Assembly (NCBI RefSeq): GCF_006345805.1
Contig: NC_043000.1
Coordinates: 82,894,001 to 82,958,000 of the forward strand
DNA: 64,000 nucleotides
Direction: 5' to 3'
DNA from: Octopus sinensis
Taxonomy: Eukaryota
The notes beneath the pieces are model-generated. The model made no database searches. It saw only the letters and a list, made by a program, of their open reading frames with translations, and had not been told where the DNA came from. The position numbers and the translations under genes were made by a program. Shown one piece after another: positions 52,146 through 64,000 of the stretch; position 1 is the first letter of the stretch, and each line of letters opens with the position of its first letter.

Positions 52146-54087
52146 CTGAAGAAAAACAAAAATAGTAGATAAAGCAAGCAATTATATATATATAACAAAA
52201 GCTTAGTTTATTTTTCCAGCTACCTCATGAGTGAAGACTTTTCACTGTATATTTTTATTTATTCATCATAAATCAGGACCAGAGATCATTCTGGCCTTTC
52301 TTACTGCAAGTCAGCCAAAATAATATAGAGAACGAAGACTTGTCTTTCATAATATTTATTTTGAAAAAAGTTGTTGGTAATGATAATATTAAGTATCTTC
52401 TAATTAATTATAATGAACCTACAAATGTTTTGCAACTGATTCCCACACTCAGCCCCTCTAAATGTGCACATTGTGATATCCAGCATGTTGGTCAGAATCC
52501 AACTTCAGTGGGTTGGCTGTGATCATGACAGCATGCTTTTATGTAAAACTTAGTTACTGTTGTTTCTATTTTAAAGATTATTTATTAAGAGTTTATTAGA
52601 TATATTTGTGGCTGGCTATTTACTTTAAACAATCAGATAGAATATTTAGAACTTCCATCACTACAATTTGTAGAGCTCACAATATAGTTGTAGTAATTTT
52701 GATAAATGGATAGGACTTCTGATCTTAAATTAACATATATTCTGGTGACAATTGGTATTTTAGTAACAAGAACTGATCAAAATTTATCCGGTGTTGTATA
52801 GTCCAGGGCTAGCCCTATTCTAACATATCTCTGCACTGATAACCCTTATATGTTTGTTTCCAGATACCATGTAAATCATTATCCAATGCTCTTATTTTAA
52901 AATGGTTGGGATATGATTATGAGGAAAGATTTGGCTGTTATTTCTAGAAATTATGGTGACCACATATGGGCTACTTTCCTCATTCATAATTTGAGAGATT
53001 ATATGGCTGAAGGAACTCCTAACCCTTCTGTTATAAATTGGTTATACTATTCAACATGATGCCTTAACTTACTGTAACCATATCACTGATGAAACACTGC
53101 CTAATTGCTTTAATTAATAATCAATAATTTGGAGGGATCTCAGAAAATAAACTCTTTGTTATTAATCTGTTGTTTAGAATATTAAATTATGATTGAAGTT
53201 TCAGGGATATACATATGAAAAAGATTACCTTTCACATTTTAAAAATTGTATTTTCTATTGTCAACATTCTTTTGAAAAGAATATTTAGTGCAGTAACTGA
53301 AATTGTTAAACTGTCATGAGTTAGTCATCATAATTATTTTATTTTCAACAATGAAAAACAAAAACGATTTTTGTAATATTTCCATCTGCTCAAATCAAGA
53401 CTGAAATATGTAAAATATAGTTCCAAGCATTTTGTGATAAATTTATTGACATATTAACTACTTAGTGTGCACTATATGAGCAGTAGTTTAAGGGCAGCAA
53501 GCTGGCAGAATCGTTTAGCATACCAAGGCTTAGCAGCGTTTCATCAATTTTTACATTCTGAGTTCAAATTCCATCAAGGTTGACTTTGCTTTCATCATTT
53601 TGGGGTCGATAAAATGAGTATCATTTGAGCACTGGGATCACTGTAATCAAATTACCCCTTTCCCTGAAATTGTTGGCCTTGTGCCAAAATTTAAAACCTA
53701 TGTGAGTAAGTAGTTACTGTACTATTACAGTTCCAATAAGGTTTTAGACTAAGATATTGTTTGAGAAGGTGGTTGAGGTTCTAAACTATCAGTTAAATTG
53801 TGTTTCATTGCATGTCATCATAGCTAGCATCTCTTCAATTCAGTACTGTTTCTCTGTGTGTAACTAATCAATGCTGTATAGGTGCTGACACCTATACAAA
53901 GATGGTAAGTAAATTATTTCTGAGAATTTCATTAACTTCAGCCAAAATTATTGTTGAAAATGCATGTTATGCTTTTCATTTTGTGTCTTTTTGTTTTTAT
54001 TTTACTTCTTTAAGCATATGTTTTGTTTTCTTTAGTTTTTAATGCTTTTGTTGCCCTCTTCCTTTTTTTCTTAATGTTTTACTGCAG

Positions 54088-55955
54088 ATGATGGACGTTC
54101 TATGTAGATAGATTGTTGTTCTGTAATACTTTGTGTTTGAAATATAGTTTTGGTGCGATACATGAAGCAGAAATCTTTTCTTGTTTTAGTAAAATGACAA
54201 CAGAATATCCAAGACATTGTATGTTGTATCTCCAGTCTCAAAATGTGCATAACTTAATTGTTTTGATACACCAGCTGTTTATACAAAGATGACCAGCCCT
54301 GGATGATGACAATGATGATTAGATTTATTTTATAGATTTGCTTTGGGATACTTATAGTTGGCATCTTCAGGTTTTGGAATTATCAAAACTATTATTACAT
54401 TATATTTAACTGGACCTCATTCCATCATATCTTTAAAGAATCACCATTCCTATGAGCTGTCTCACTTGCTGAGATTTTCTGTTAACATTAATGGAGCTTT
54501 TTATACATACATTTTTATAATGCATTGTTTGTATGCTTAGATTGGACATCTATCCTATGGCCTTATATAAGAAGAGTTCATAAAATGTTGATTATTGAGG
54601 AGTGGGGAGTCTTAATTTTTCAAGCTCTTATTCTTTGACTGAAAGTAAATCTTTAACAGTGATGGTGTTTCTTTTGTTTCCTACCACAATGAAATATTTG
54701 AATTAAATTGACTACCCACAGGCCTGAACTATACTAATGTACAAAATGAGGCATTCACTTCTATTGAATCTCTAAAATGTCATTAAAAAAAAGTGACAGA
54801 CTTTTGTTTGCTAAAAATATCTGTTGTAGTACATTGTATTGTTCCTCCAATGAAAATTAGATCAAGAGAATGATTAGCATTTTTTACTCATCAATAATTT
54901 ACAAGATTCTTCTGTAGACCTATGTTATTTTTGGAAAGCTGCTGACTTTAATTATCTCTACAATGGTAATTTAGCAAGAAAATAATTAGTCTGCTTGCAA
55001 ATCTGCATTTCATTATTGCTACAAGATATTTCCAGAAGAAAATGTTGCTGCTAAATGTACTTTACACAATTTCAGTTATAAATTCATTTGACAGCACCCA
55101 AATTATTGAACCATTTCTTAGTATTTGTTAACGTTTGAGGAAAATTTCAGTAAAATGTGGTAAGTAATAATGAGAATCATTTTGCCATTTTTGCCATTAT
55201 CTGTTTCTCAAAGTAGCTCACCACACTTGGTCCGATGTTAAACTATCTGAGACTTTTCTAGCTAAATGTTTACTGATAATAACATTTTCAAGAATCCTGT
55301 TCTTTGTTTTGGCATAAATTGGCATGGTGTTGAACTAGAGATTTATTAACCTCAACGTTGTTGAAATTGCAGAGTGCCATCAAGGTGTTCAGTGCTGACC
55401 TTGGCTTGAAGGTACCATTTTGGAACTGTTCATTAAACGGTAAGGCCCCCTGATCAATGACTAATACACTACTACTACTACAAAAGCTGATATCCTTATT
55501 AAGAACATGTTGGAAACAGATGAGAAAGAGAGTTTGCTGCTGCTGCTACCACACAAGCCTGCTTTCACAGTTTACACTGAAATCATTAAATTAGTCGATA
55601 CAGCAACCTGCTGGATAGTGTTAGCCGGATGAAGACTTCATAATAGCTAGCTTTATAGTTGTTTAAAGTATACAAGAAGTTATTGCTGTATCTTGTGAAG
55701 ATAAGAGAAGAAAATCTAAAGTGATAGAGTTTACTTTAAAAGAAAAAAGTATTTTCTGATAGTTTCCCACTCATGCAGTGTGTAAAAGTATTACAAGGTA
55801 CCTGTATGTAGTGTGATGCAGTGTATTCTTTCACAATGCTCGTCTATTTAATTGGCTATAGGATTCTTGAGGTAAGTTTCTTTTTATTTCTACTCGGCCT
55901 TTTTTCCCATCCTCCCCACTCGGTTTGTATGTTAATAAAATAATTACCTTTCGAA
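54088..55955 (+). other. candidate distal terminal exon / long 3'UTR of Syncrip
   Basis: about 100-nt U-rich tract ending ttttactgcag (54087); about 1.9 kb with no recognisable SINE; ends at a canonical poly(A) site. Confidence 0.5.
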
Positions 55956-55975
55956 ATGGTCTTGTGTGTTAGTTT
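55925..55975 (+). terminator. polyadenylation signal
   Basis: TGTA upstream element, AATAAA at 55934-55939, GU-rich downstream element ggtcttgtgtgttagttt. Confidence 0.6.
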
Positions 55976-56099
55976 ATATCAATTGAAATACTTTTAATTT
56001 CAGTGTTTTTGAGGAAAAAGAAATATAAAAGGTTTGAATATTGTAAGATAATGAAGTAAAAAATAGATATGAACAAGAACTTTTTTAGTTTTAGTGGAA

Positions 56100-56592
56100 T
56101 AGCATGTATTTGACGCGAATGCAGGTCTATGTTAGCCACTCGCTTTCTTTATAGTTTATTCTAAACAACGTAACTAACCTTGTACGTCAATTCGTCACAG
56201 GTAAATTATACAATTGATCACCGTTCAATTGTAACGACGGCGCCAGGGTAGATAACTCATAACATTTTGTCGCTATACAACCAGTTTTTTTTTTTTTTCC
56301 TCCGTATAATAATTTAGAGGAATGGCAATTTGAGGTCGTATTTCGCTGTTCCCGCAGTAATTTTTATTTACCTAGTACCTAGAACTGCAATTCAACGGAG
56401 TATATCCCCCCCCCTCCTGAATTATATCTAGCGTTGAAGATTAGATGAATTGAAATCAATTTTCATAAGGCAATTTGTGGCGTAAGTAAACTGGAATTGT
56501 TTCAACAGGAAAATAAAACGGTTTTGCGAATTTCATTAGCTGGAGGTTTGACTGGTGTACGAGGGTAATAGAATAGCTGCTCATTGGAACAG
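56100..56592 (+). promoter_or_regulatory. CpG-rich putative promoter and non-coding first exon of a downstream gene
   Basis: abrupt rise in CpG; CRE-like half sites (tacgtca, ttcgtca, about 56183-56197); GGCGCC at about 56239; strong donor CAG|GTAAGA at 56592/56593. Confidence 0.45.
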
Positions 56593-57317
56593 GTAAGATT
56601 TCAGTATCTACAGAGGTGTGTTTGAAACTGAACGTTCTTAATTTTCTATGTTACTTGTGGGGGTGTCTGAACAGTGTTTTATTTCGTAGAGTGTAGAGAA
56701 AGCCGTTATATGGTATTGTGATTATTCACTTAATTAATACTCCTTAATGCTACATAATTAAGTATTTATTTAAAAAATCATTCAATTGCTATGTTGACGC
56801 CCATTGCGGCAAGGGGAGGTAATCGTTATCTCGATTACCGTCCTGTATCGCAGCTGTTACCAATATTACGTTGACGTTTCACTGGTTTCCCTGCACTTGT
56901 AGGTATTGAGTAGATTTCGAGTTAAAATGTGAATATCCGCTAACATAATTTTTTTATACTCGCTATTAGAACTAATAAATAGCATAGTAATAGTAGTACC
57001 TGCTGCGAAAATCGTCAACTACTGTAATTATGTGTGTGGGTGTATGTCAATTTGTACGATATATTTATGCAGGTTTCGTATCGAGGCAATGTTACTGCCT
57101 CCTACTACAATAAAAATTAGTGTGGTCGCTATAAATAGTAGAAATTTTCTCTTGAAAAAACGTCGGATAATATAGTTCTAGGTATAACTACGAAATAAAG
57201 TACGGATTGGTCATAGATGGAACAGCTTCGAACATGTATCTAACTGGCTAGAGCTAAATAGCAGTCCAGGAGAAAATAGTTTGATAGCTTCCATGCCATT
57301 AATAAATATGACTTTAA

Positions 57318-57480
57318 GGCGGCGATTTGGCGTAGAATCGTTAGCACGCCGGGTAAAATACTTTGCGACCTTTACGTTCACAGTTCAAATTCCGCCGAGT
57401 TTGACTTTGCCTTTCATCCTCCCAGTGTCGAAAAATAAGTACTCACTGAATATCGGAATCCGTGTAATCGTCTCTGCTCC
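57318..57480 (+). mobile_element. SINE family C copy with CpGs intact
   Basis: GGCGGCGATTTGGCGTAGAATCGTTAGCACGCCGGG…TTCAAATTCCGCCGAG…TTTGCCTTTCATCC. Confidence 0.75.
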
Positions 57481-57865
57481 CCGAAACGTTAGCTCTGTGC
57501 ATATAAAGCATTATTAAGTATTGTTCCTTTGTCTAGAATGTCAGGCTTCTGACTTTGTAAGAAATATACTAAACGAGATAAAATTGCCGACGAAGTGAGC
57601 AGATCTTGATTATCTCCCTTGACAGCTGCCATCTTTATTTTCACGTTTTTGTCATTCTTTGATTATTGAACATTTTGAAAGATTGTATTTACCTCGACTG
57701 GATTATATATTATTCTGTACACAATGTACTTCTAGTTTTAATTAGCCATTTACTTTTTCTGTATATGATTCAATGGTATTCTTTCTTTTTTTTTTCCATA
57801 TTCCTTCGGTAACTTTAAAATTTTTTTTTTAGAGCTTGAAACAAATCAGTGTCCTTTATGCACGT

Positions 57866-58211
57866 TTATTGTTTTACTTGTCATTAGACTGGCCATGCTG
57901 GAGTACCACCATGAAGAATTATAGTTAATCGAATCGACCCCATAACTTATTTTAAAAACCTGTTACTTATTTGTCTCTTGCCGAACCGCTAACTTACGGG
58001 GATGTAAATTCGCCAACACCGGTTATGGGTGGGGGTCCAAGACTTAGATATATAAACGACGAGCTTCTTTCAGTTTCCACCTACCAAATCCACTCTCTGT
58101 TCACAAGGCTTTGGTTGGTCTGAAGTTATAGTAGGAGCCTCAGCTACTACGCAGTAGGGCTGAACCCGGAGCTATGTGGTTGAGAAGCAAACTTTTTGCT
58201 ATGCTTGCGCC
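57866..58211 (-). mobile_element. SINE family B copy with CpGs retained
   Basis: reverse-complement homology (cttctttcagtttccacctaccaaatccactc). Confidence 0.7.
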
Positions 58212-59475
58212 TTGTTGCTTAGGTTTTTAACTCACCAACTAGAATTAGACAAACTTACGATTCCATATATTGATAGGTTTTGTGTTAAAATTGAGGCGTT
58301 GTTGAGAATTTTCTGGAAGATCTTAACCGTGACGCTTAAAAGTAGCTTCATTCAGTGTGTCGTTAGAATTCATAAACTTTCGAGAGAATGTGAAAGAATT
58401 CCTTTTTGGAAAAGTGTATTTCGAAGCACATAAAGCTAAATAATAGTATGTAAATAGTCGTTTAAGAAACCCTTTTGGATAGGAAAAGTCGAAGGCTGTT
58501 CGAACCTAGCCAACATTTTCACCAAAATCTGCATTTAGGTTTAGTTTGTTGTGTAAGTAAACCATTATTATAATTTAACTTTTACGTTTTGGATAAATTT
58601 AATTTTACCTACGGAAAAAAGGCAAAATTTTGTTTGTTTTTTTCTTCAAGACAAGAACCAGCTTGGTGAATCTTGTGGCTGTTTAAATATAGATATTATG
58701 TTATGTTGAATCTATTTGAATTAATGTAATACAATCTCAGTGGAATGCCACTTGAGTAAATGTGACGTACACAAATGAAATATGGGGTTCCTTATCCGAA
58801 AGTTCACTTTGTATAAAATATATAATCGGTCGCTAACTGCTCGGGAAATATATAACACGCAGTACTGTCTGGTCTTCACAAAATAGCTGGAGTCGTGCAG
58901 ATAAACGACGAAGAAGCCTTTCTTTAGGACTTAAGGTTTACATATTTAAATATACGTCCTAAACACACATTGATGATAAATAAATGTAGAGAGTACATTT
59001 AATAAGTGGTTTATCCAGAACCAGTTTTATTGTATGCCATCGGTAAGAATCATTTATCATTGATAACACACACATTTGTATGTAAAAGTATTCAACACGT
59101 TTAAAATATACCACGAGCAACGCATTACTATTGCTACTATAAAGAATTAACGAGATATACATACACAGAGGTGGATGTGTGTATATATATATGAGGAGGA
59201 GGAGAGAGCGATTTTGTGCTATGTTTACAAAAACCACGTCAAGAAAAGAAATTCCAGTAAATTTCCATTCAATATAAGTTAATGACATTATAAATAATTT
59301 CATGTATAGATCGACTCAAATATGAATAGAGTAAGGTCTCTCACCCCCTTCATTCTTTCCCTACCTAAATCCACGCAAAACAGATTAACCACAGTTAACC
59401 TCTTTATTTAATACACACGGCCTGCTAGAAATAGCAGCAAAATTTCCATCTTTTTGTTTAACCCTAGATCTATCT

Positions 59476-59622
59476 CAGTGCTCCCCAACCTTTTTTCGCT
59501 TGCGATACACTTACATCTTTTTTCAAAATTCAGCGGCACACCTGAACTAAAAATATAACTAGAAGTATAGGAGAAAAAATTATATTCAGGTTATACTGCA
59601 GCATACCAGTTCCGGAGCACTG
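59476..59622. mobile_element. hAT-type MITE
   Basis: TIRs CAGTGCTCC / GGAGCACTG; no clear TSD. Confidence 0.55.
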
Positions 59623-59877
59623 GCTGTGACTATGATAAGAATTGATAGCAATTAGTTAATTATCTCTACGTTTTATTAATTACTTTCCTGGCAATGTTTC
59701 AAGTTTTAGTATTACCCTCCGTAACATTCCACATTCGAATAAAATATATTTACTTTATCTCTTGCATTAGGTGCCAGAGGTTTACGTTCAAATCATTCCG
59801 GGATCGATAAAATAAGGCCTAACTTGAGTGGTTGGTACAACAACACTGCTTACTACACCATTTGTGAGCCTCTAAAA

Positions 59878-60137
59878 CAAGGGTTTCTCAACCACTTTTT
59901 GCCTATTTGAATCCTATTTTACTCAAATGGACTCTCATAACCTTTCGATATATATATAAGAAAAAAAAAATTACAAAAACTCAACTATATTTTTCTCATT
60001 AAATATTATTAAGAACTGTATAAAGAATTTTAAATATTTTGTGTATTGTAAAGTATAAGCGATTTATTATACATAAATTTTAGCAAAGTGTTATACGGAC
60101 CCCTAAAAGCAATAAGAACCTCGGTTGAGAACTACTG
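59878..60137. mobile_element. hAT-type MITE with 8-bp TSD
   Basis: TIRs CAAGGGTTTCTCAACC / GGTTGAGAACTACTG; TSD ctctaaaa at 59870-59877 and 60138-60145. Confidence 0.85.
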
Positions 60138-61319
60138 CTCTAAAATAATAAAAATCTCCCTCGAATATGTCCTTTCCTTTTACTAGTTTCAGTCATTGGA
60201 CTGTGGTCATGCCGGGGTACCACCTTGAGTATTCAACTCAGATAATCTGTAGACGGATACGTATTGTATGAATGTTAAAAAAAATGAAAGGTTATGTTGA
60301 GCAACAGCTATATAATTAATGGGCATTCACAGAATGCCCATAAATTATTTTCCTGTATTTGGAAGTGTTTGTCTAGGAGAGGCAGAAATCTTTTAGTTCT
60401 TATATTAAGGGAAATGGGAGGAGCGAACCAAATAATTTTCCTTGGCCTATTTTTAGGTTTCTTATCCTGATTAATACTAGTGTGGTTATATGTACTGCTT
60501 TATCTTTGATGCCACTAGATCTATTATTAATATTTTGATTATTATTAGAGGGGTTATATATTAATTTATTTTTGAAGCCACTAATTACTAGGGCCTTGTT
60601 GTAATAAGGGGCAGCTTGTGTGTGTTTGTCGTTTCTCATTGCTTGACAACCGTAACTTACCGGTTCACCAGCAAGAGAACCGATAGAATAAGTATCAGAT
60701 TTAAAAATAAAAGTACTGAGCTAGATGTATTCGATTAAACCCTCCAAAGTGGTGTTCCAGCATGGCTGCAGTCCAATAACAAGTATAAGATTAAAGGTAC
60801 GCTGACTAAAAAAATAAAGAGAGAATCGGGTGACCACAGTTGAATTGGCTTTGATTTGAAAGCAGAAGACATCTAGTTTCACTTTCTGTATTAGGTCCAG
60901 ATCCCACGGTCGTCTCTTCCAGTTTGGATTATTGACTTGTGAAGGTCATAATCATAAAAGGAAGAGGTAGTAGAGAAAGAAAGATCCCCACCACCCCAAC
61001 CAAGCCCATAGGATACCAGAAATGCGGCACAGGTGATAACAAAGACTCGGTATTCAGTTACTAATGGTAAATTATCTTTTTAACGAAAAGCCAAAAAAAT
61101 GTTTAAAAAGAAAAGGCTTTTTACATAAGGAAAGTAGGTGACCAAGTGTTTAAGCTGTTGTACACATGATGGTAAGTAAGACCACAGTGATGCATTGTAT
61201 TCTTGAGCAAAACATTTCATTTCATGTTACTCCAGTCCCCTCAGCTGTAAATGAATTCTAGCAAAACTGGGAAGTCAATCCTGCGACTCATTAGCATCTC
61301 GTTTAGAGGAAGTATCACT

Positions 61320-61600
61320 AATAGAACCTTTGAGATGTTGATCTTTAGCATATTGAGCAGGATGGGCTGGAAAGACAAGACAGCAATTGCTGCAGTACTA
61401 GAAAAGCTGAAAGTTCATTGACACTTATTGTCGAGAATGAAGTTTACACTGCTATTATATTTTAGACATATTGCACTATGCATCACTGCCCAAAATCATC
61501 CGAATAAGTGTGCAGGGAAAGAACGAGGAAGCCAAAGACGATTGTGAACTGACAACATCAAAGAATGAACTAGAAATAAGAATTTGGCTAATTGAATGCA
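61320..61600 (+). mobile_element. RTE-like LINE C-terminal fragment
   Basis: FEMLIFSILSRMGWKDK…LLYFRHI and GKERGSQRRL*TDNIKE*T, resembling FEMW..RRML.I.W…YFGHI…GKR.RGRPR.RW.DNIKEWT. Confidence 0.75.
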
Positions 61601-62400
61601 TGCAGCACAACAGTAAGGGAACTGGAAAGTTTTGGTAAGTAGACTCCTGGACATAGGTAGGGTACCTGGATATAATATATATATTTATGCAAACCAAAAA
61701 TTAAAAAAACGAGAATGTACACAGTGAATCCATTTGGTTGGTGTTCAGAGAAAGTTTAAGATGGGGAAAAAGAGGGGATGTGACGCTTCGAACATGGCTT
61801 TTCGTCAGAAAGTGGAAAAAGAATAGTCCGAGGGGTGACTGTGTGGTTAAGAAGCTTCCCAAACATGTGGTCTTGGGTTCAATTTCTCGGCATGGCACCT
61901 TGGGCTAGTATCTTCAACTAGGGCTGGCCAAATCAGAAACTGAAAGGATAGTGGTTTTGATTCCTACACCAGGTGAGGTGTTGTGATCTTGAGGAAATCA
62001 CTTTATTTCACATTACTCCAGTCAACTCAGCTGGCAATAATGAATAATCAATCCTACAACGGACTGGCGTCCCATCCAAGCTGGAATATCTACGCCACAA
62101 AATCGGAAAAAAACCAACTTTATGAGATCATGGCTCATTGGTCCTGTTTTTCTTTCTTGATATAAGTGTGTTTGTATGTACCTTAGTCTTGATACCAACT
62201 GATGGTTGTAAACGAGCATCACCTTTATACAAGTAGTATTGTTCAATCTTCAGTCATTCATGAAAAACATATTTGACCATGAGAAAATATTGTTTGGAAA
62301 CAAATCAAGATTGATAACATTAAAGGTATCCGGTCACAGAAAATCTACTGCAAGACTGACTTTTGCAAGCATGAATATAATGATTAAACACATATATATA

Positions 62401-62615
62401 AAGGGGTACTGCAAAGTTCCAGGCTTTAAGAGTATTATGAAAGGCTTGGTTGGAGCCCCAACCTTCTGACTTCTTTTACTAGGCTTAGAAAAACTGAAGG
62501 ACTGCTATAATAAGTGTGTGAATCTGAGAGGGGAATATGCTGAATAAAATCATAATTAACTGATCTTCCTGTATTTTCTTTTATCCAAAACCAGGAAATT
62601 TTTAGCAAGCCCTCG
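62401..62615 (+). mobile_element. mariner internal-deletion derivative
   Basis: TA-flanked imperfect TIRs; retains transposase C-terminus GLEKLKDCYNKCVNLRGEYAE*. Confidence 0.8.
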
Positions 62616-63164
62616 TATATATATTCTTTTTTTGCTACCACCCTTCCTTATAAACAAGAAGACAAAATAGAGTTTGTCCCCGGGTAATTCATTCTTTGGC
62701 ATTGTATAGGCCAAGTTTAAAATCAATCTTATTTTATGTAGGCATTTCTCGTTTCATGGAAGCATTGCATTCATAAAAATCATGTGTCAACTGAATTCTG
62801 TAATGTGAAACACATTTTTCTTTCATTTACATGGAGAATAGGTTTCATATTACAAAAATCCGCTCTAAGATTTTCAGGAGGGGGAAACCCTTGTGGTCTA
62901 AGAAAGACTGAATGATGTGGTAAATGACAGGATCTTTACATCAGAGGCAACTCTTTTCGAGACATGGCTCACCATCAGTCAGGCCGCACTACTAAAAGAA
63001 TTCTAGGTATTTTTTTGTTAGGCATGCCATGCAAAATTCCAAGAGCCGCATGTTGCCCAAGCTGTATGGGGTTGCTCAGTCACGACAGCCAAATCTCACT
63101 CACACCTTGCTGTTTTAGGAAAGAAAACATTAGATAAATTGGACCCGGATTCTCTTCATAGATG

Positions 63165-63503
63165 CAGGCATGGCTGTATAGTAAGAAATTTGCTTTCCAA
63201 CCACAGGATTCTAAGTTCAATCACACTGCATGGCACCTTGGGCAAGTGTCTTCTACTATAACCTTAAGCTGACCATAGCCTTATGAGAGGATTTGGTAGG
63301 CGAAAAAGTATTTGAGTGTTTTTATTTCTACCCCCAAACACACCATCACCACCATTTGACAACACAGCTAAGTAACATTCGGTAAAAGTGACTGATAGAA
63401 TAAATACCTGGCTTAAAGAAATAAGAGACTAAAAATTCTTCAAGGCAGTGCCCTAGCAAGGATGCCGTATAATGGTTAATATCAGTAAAAGATATATAAA
63501 AGA
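63165..63503 (+). mobile_element. SINE family B copy
   Basis: homology to 4685-5025. Confidence 0.7.
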
Positions 63504-64000
63504 ATAATCACAACTGCAATGCCTTTGAATATAGGTCTGCTCAATTAAGACTGACCCAGGGCTAAACAATTACAACTCTTATGGACAATAACAACACTGA
63601 GAAAAATGTAAACACTTCATTTTTAAGTGAAAATCATGAAACTTCAAAGTTTCATTAACATCATTTACCGATATGAGTATATCTCTTTTTCTTTTTTTTT
63701 TATTATTAATTAAAAATCAATTGAACCATGGTGGAATCATTGTAATCAGTGAACTGTCGGGTTAATTTTACTTTTTTTATAAATCATTAAGTATCAAAAT
63801 CTTTCGTAACACATCTATAACCCAACTGCTGATACTCTACATCACTGAGGTACATAGTGACATCTAACAACATAGGTGGGGGGCACTATTACTGCATTTT
63901 TGACTTCAGGAAAAAAAATTTTTTTTACAAATGTACACTACCTTAGAAAAACTATATCAGCTAAGCAAATGAGTCTCTCTAAATGCACCCAAAAACATAT

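Noticed and set aside
55373-55439. Possible 67-nt exon (ttgcag|…ACG|gtaagg)
   Set aside because: Poor pyrimidine tract and no downstream acceptor identified; more simply part of the 3'UTR
679-62641. Most short ORFs in the supplied track
   Set aside because: They fall in SINEs, microsatellites or the antisense strand of real exons, use low-complexity composition and show no recognisable domains

Overview
AT-rich, repeat-dense eukaryotic genomic DNA. The SINE, RTE, Tx1 and MITE landscape suggests a coleoid cephalopod, probably Octopus (inference). The main feature is a + strand gene for the hnRNP Q/R (SYNCRIP / Drosophila Syp) RNA-binding protein. Ten coding exons between 13179 and 41279 join by GT-AG introns in consistent phase into about 575 aa: acidic N-terminal domain, RRM1-3, Tyr/Pro/RGG region, bipartite NLS and the conserved NWGxQPIAQQPL tail. 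I did not find the start-codon exon; it probably lies upstream of the window. Splice and poly(A) signals, plus a sharp CpG-depletion boundary near 56.1 kb, suggest the transcription unit continues to about 55.95 kb through extra 3' exons and is followed by a CpG-rich promoter/first exon of another gene. The introns hold many tRNA-derived SINEs, RTE and L1-Tx1 LINE fragments, Tc1/mariner relics, several piggyBac MITE families and a piggyBac deletion derivative with an open N-terminal ORF; hAT MITEs lie downstream of the gene. The most striking unexplained structure is a 269-nt near-perfect intronic palindrome (37298-37566). Repeat boundaries are approximate and were read by eye.
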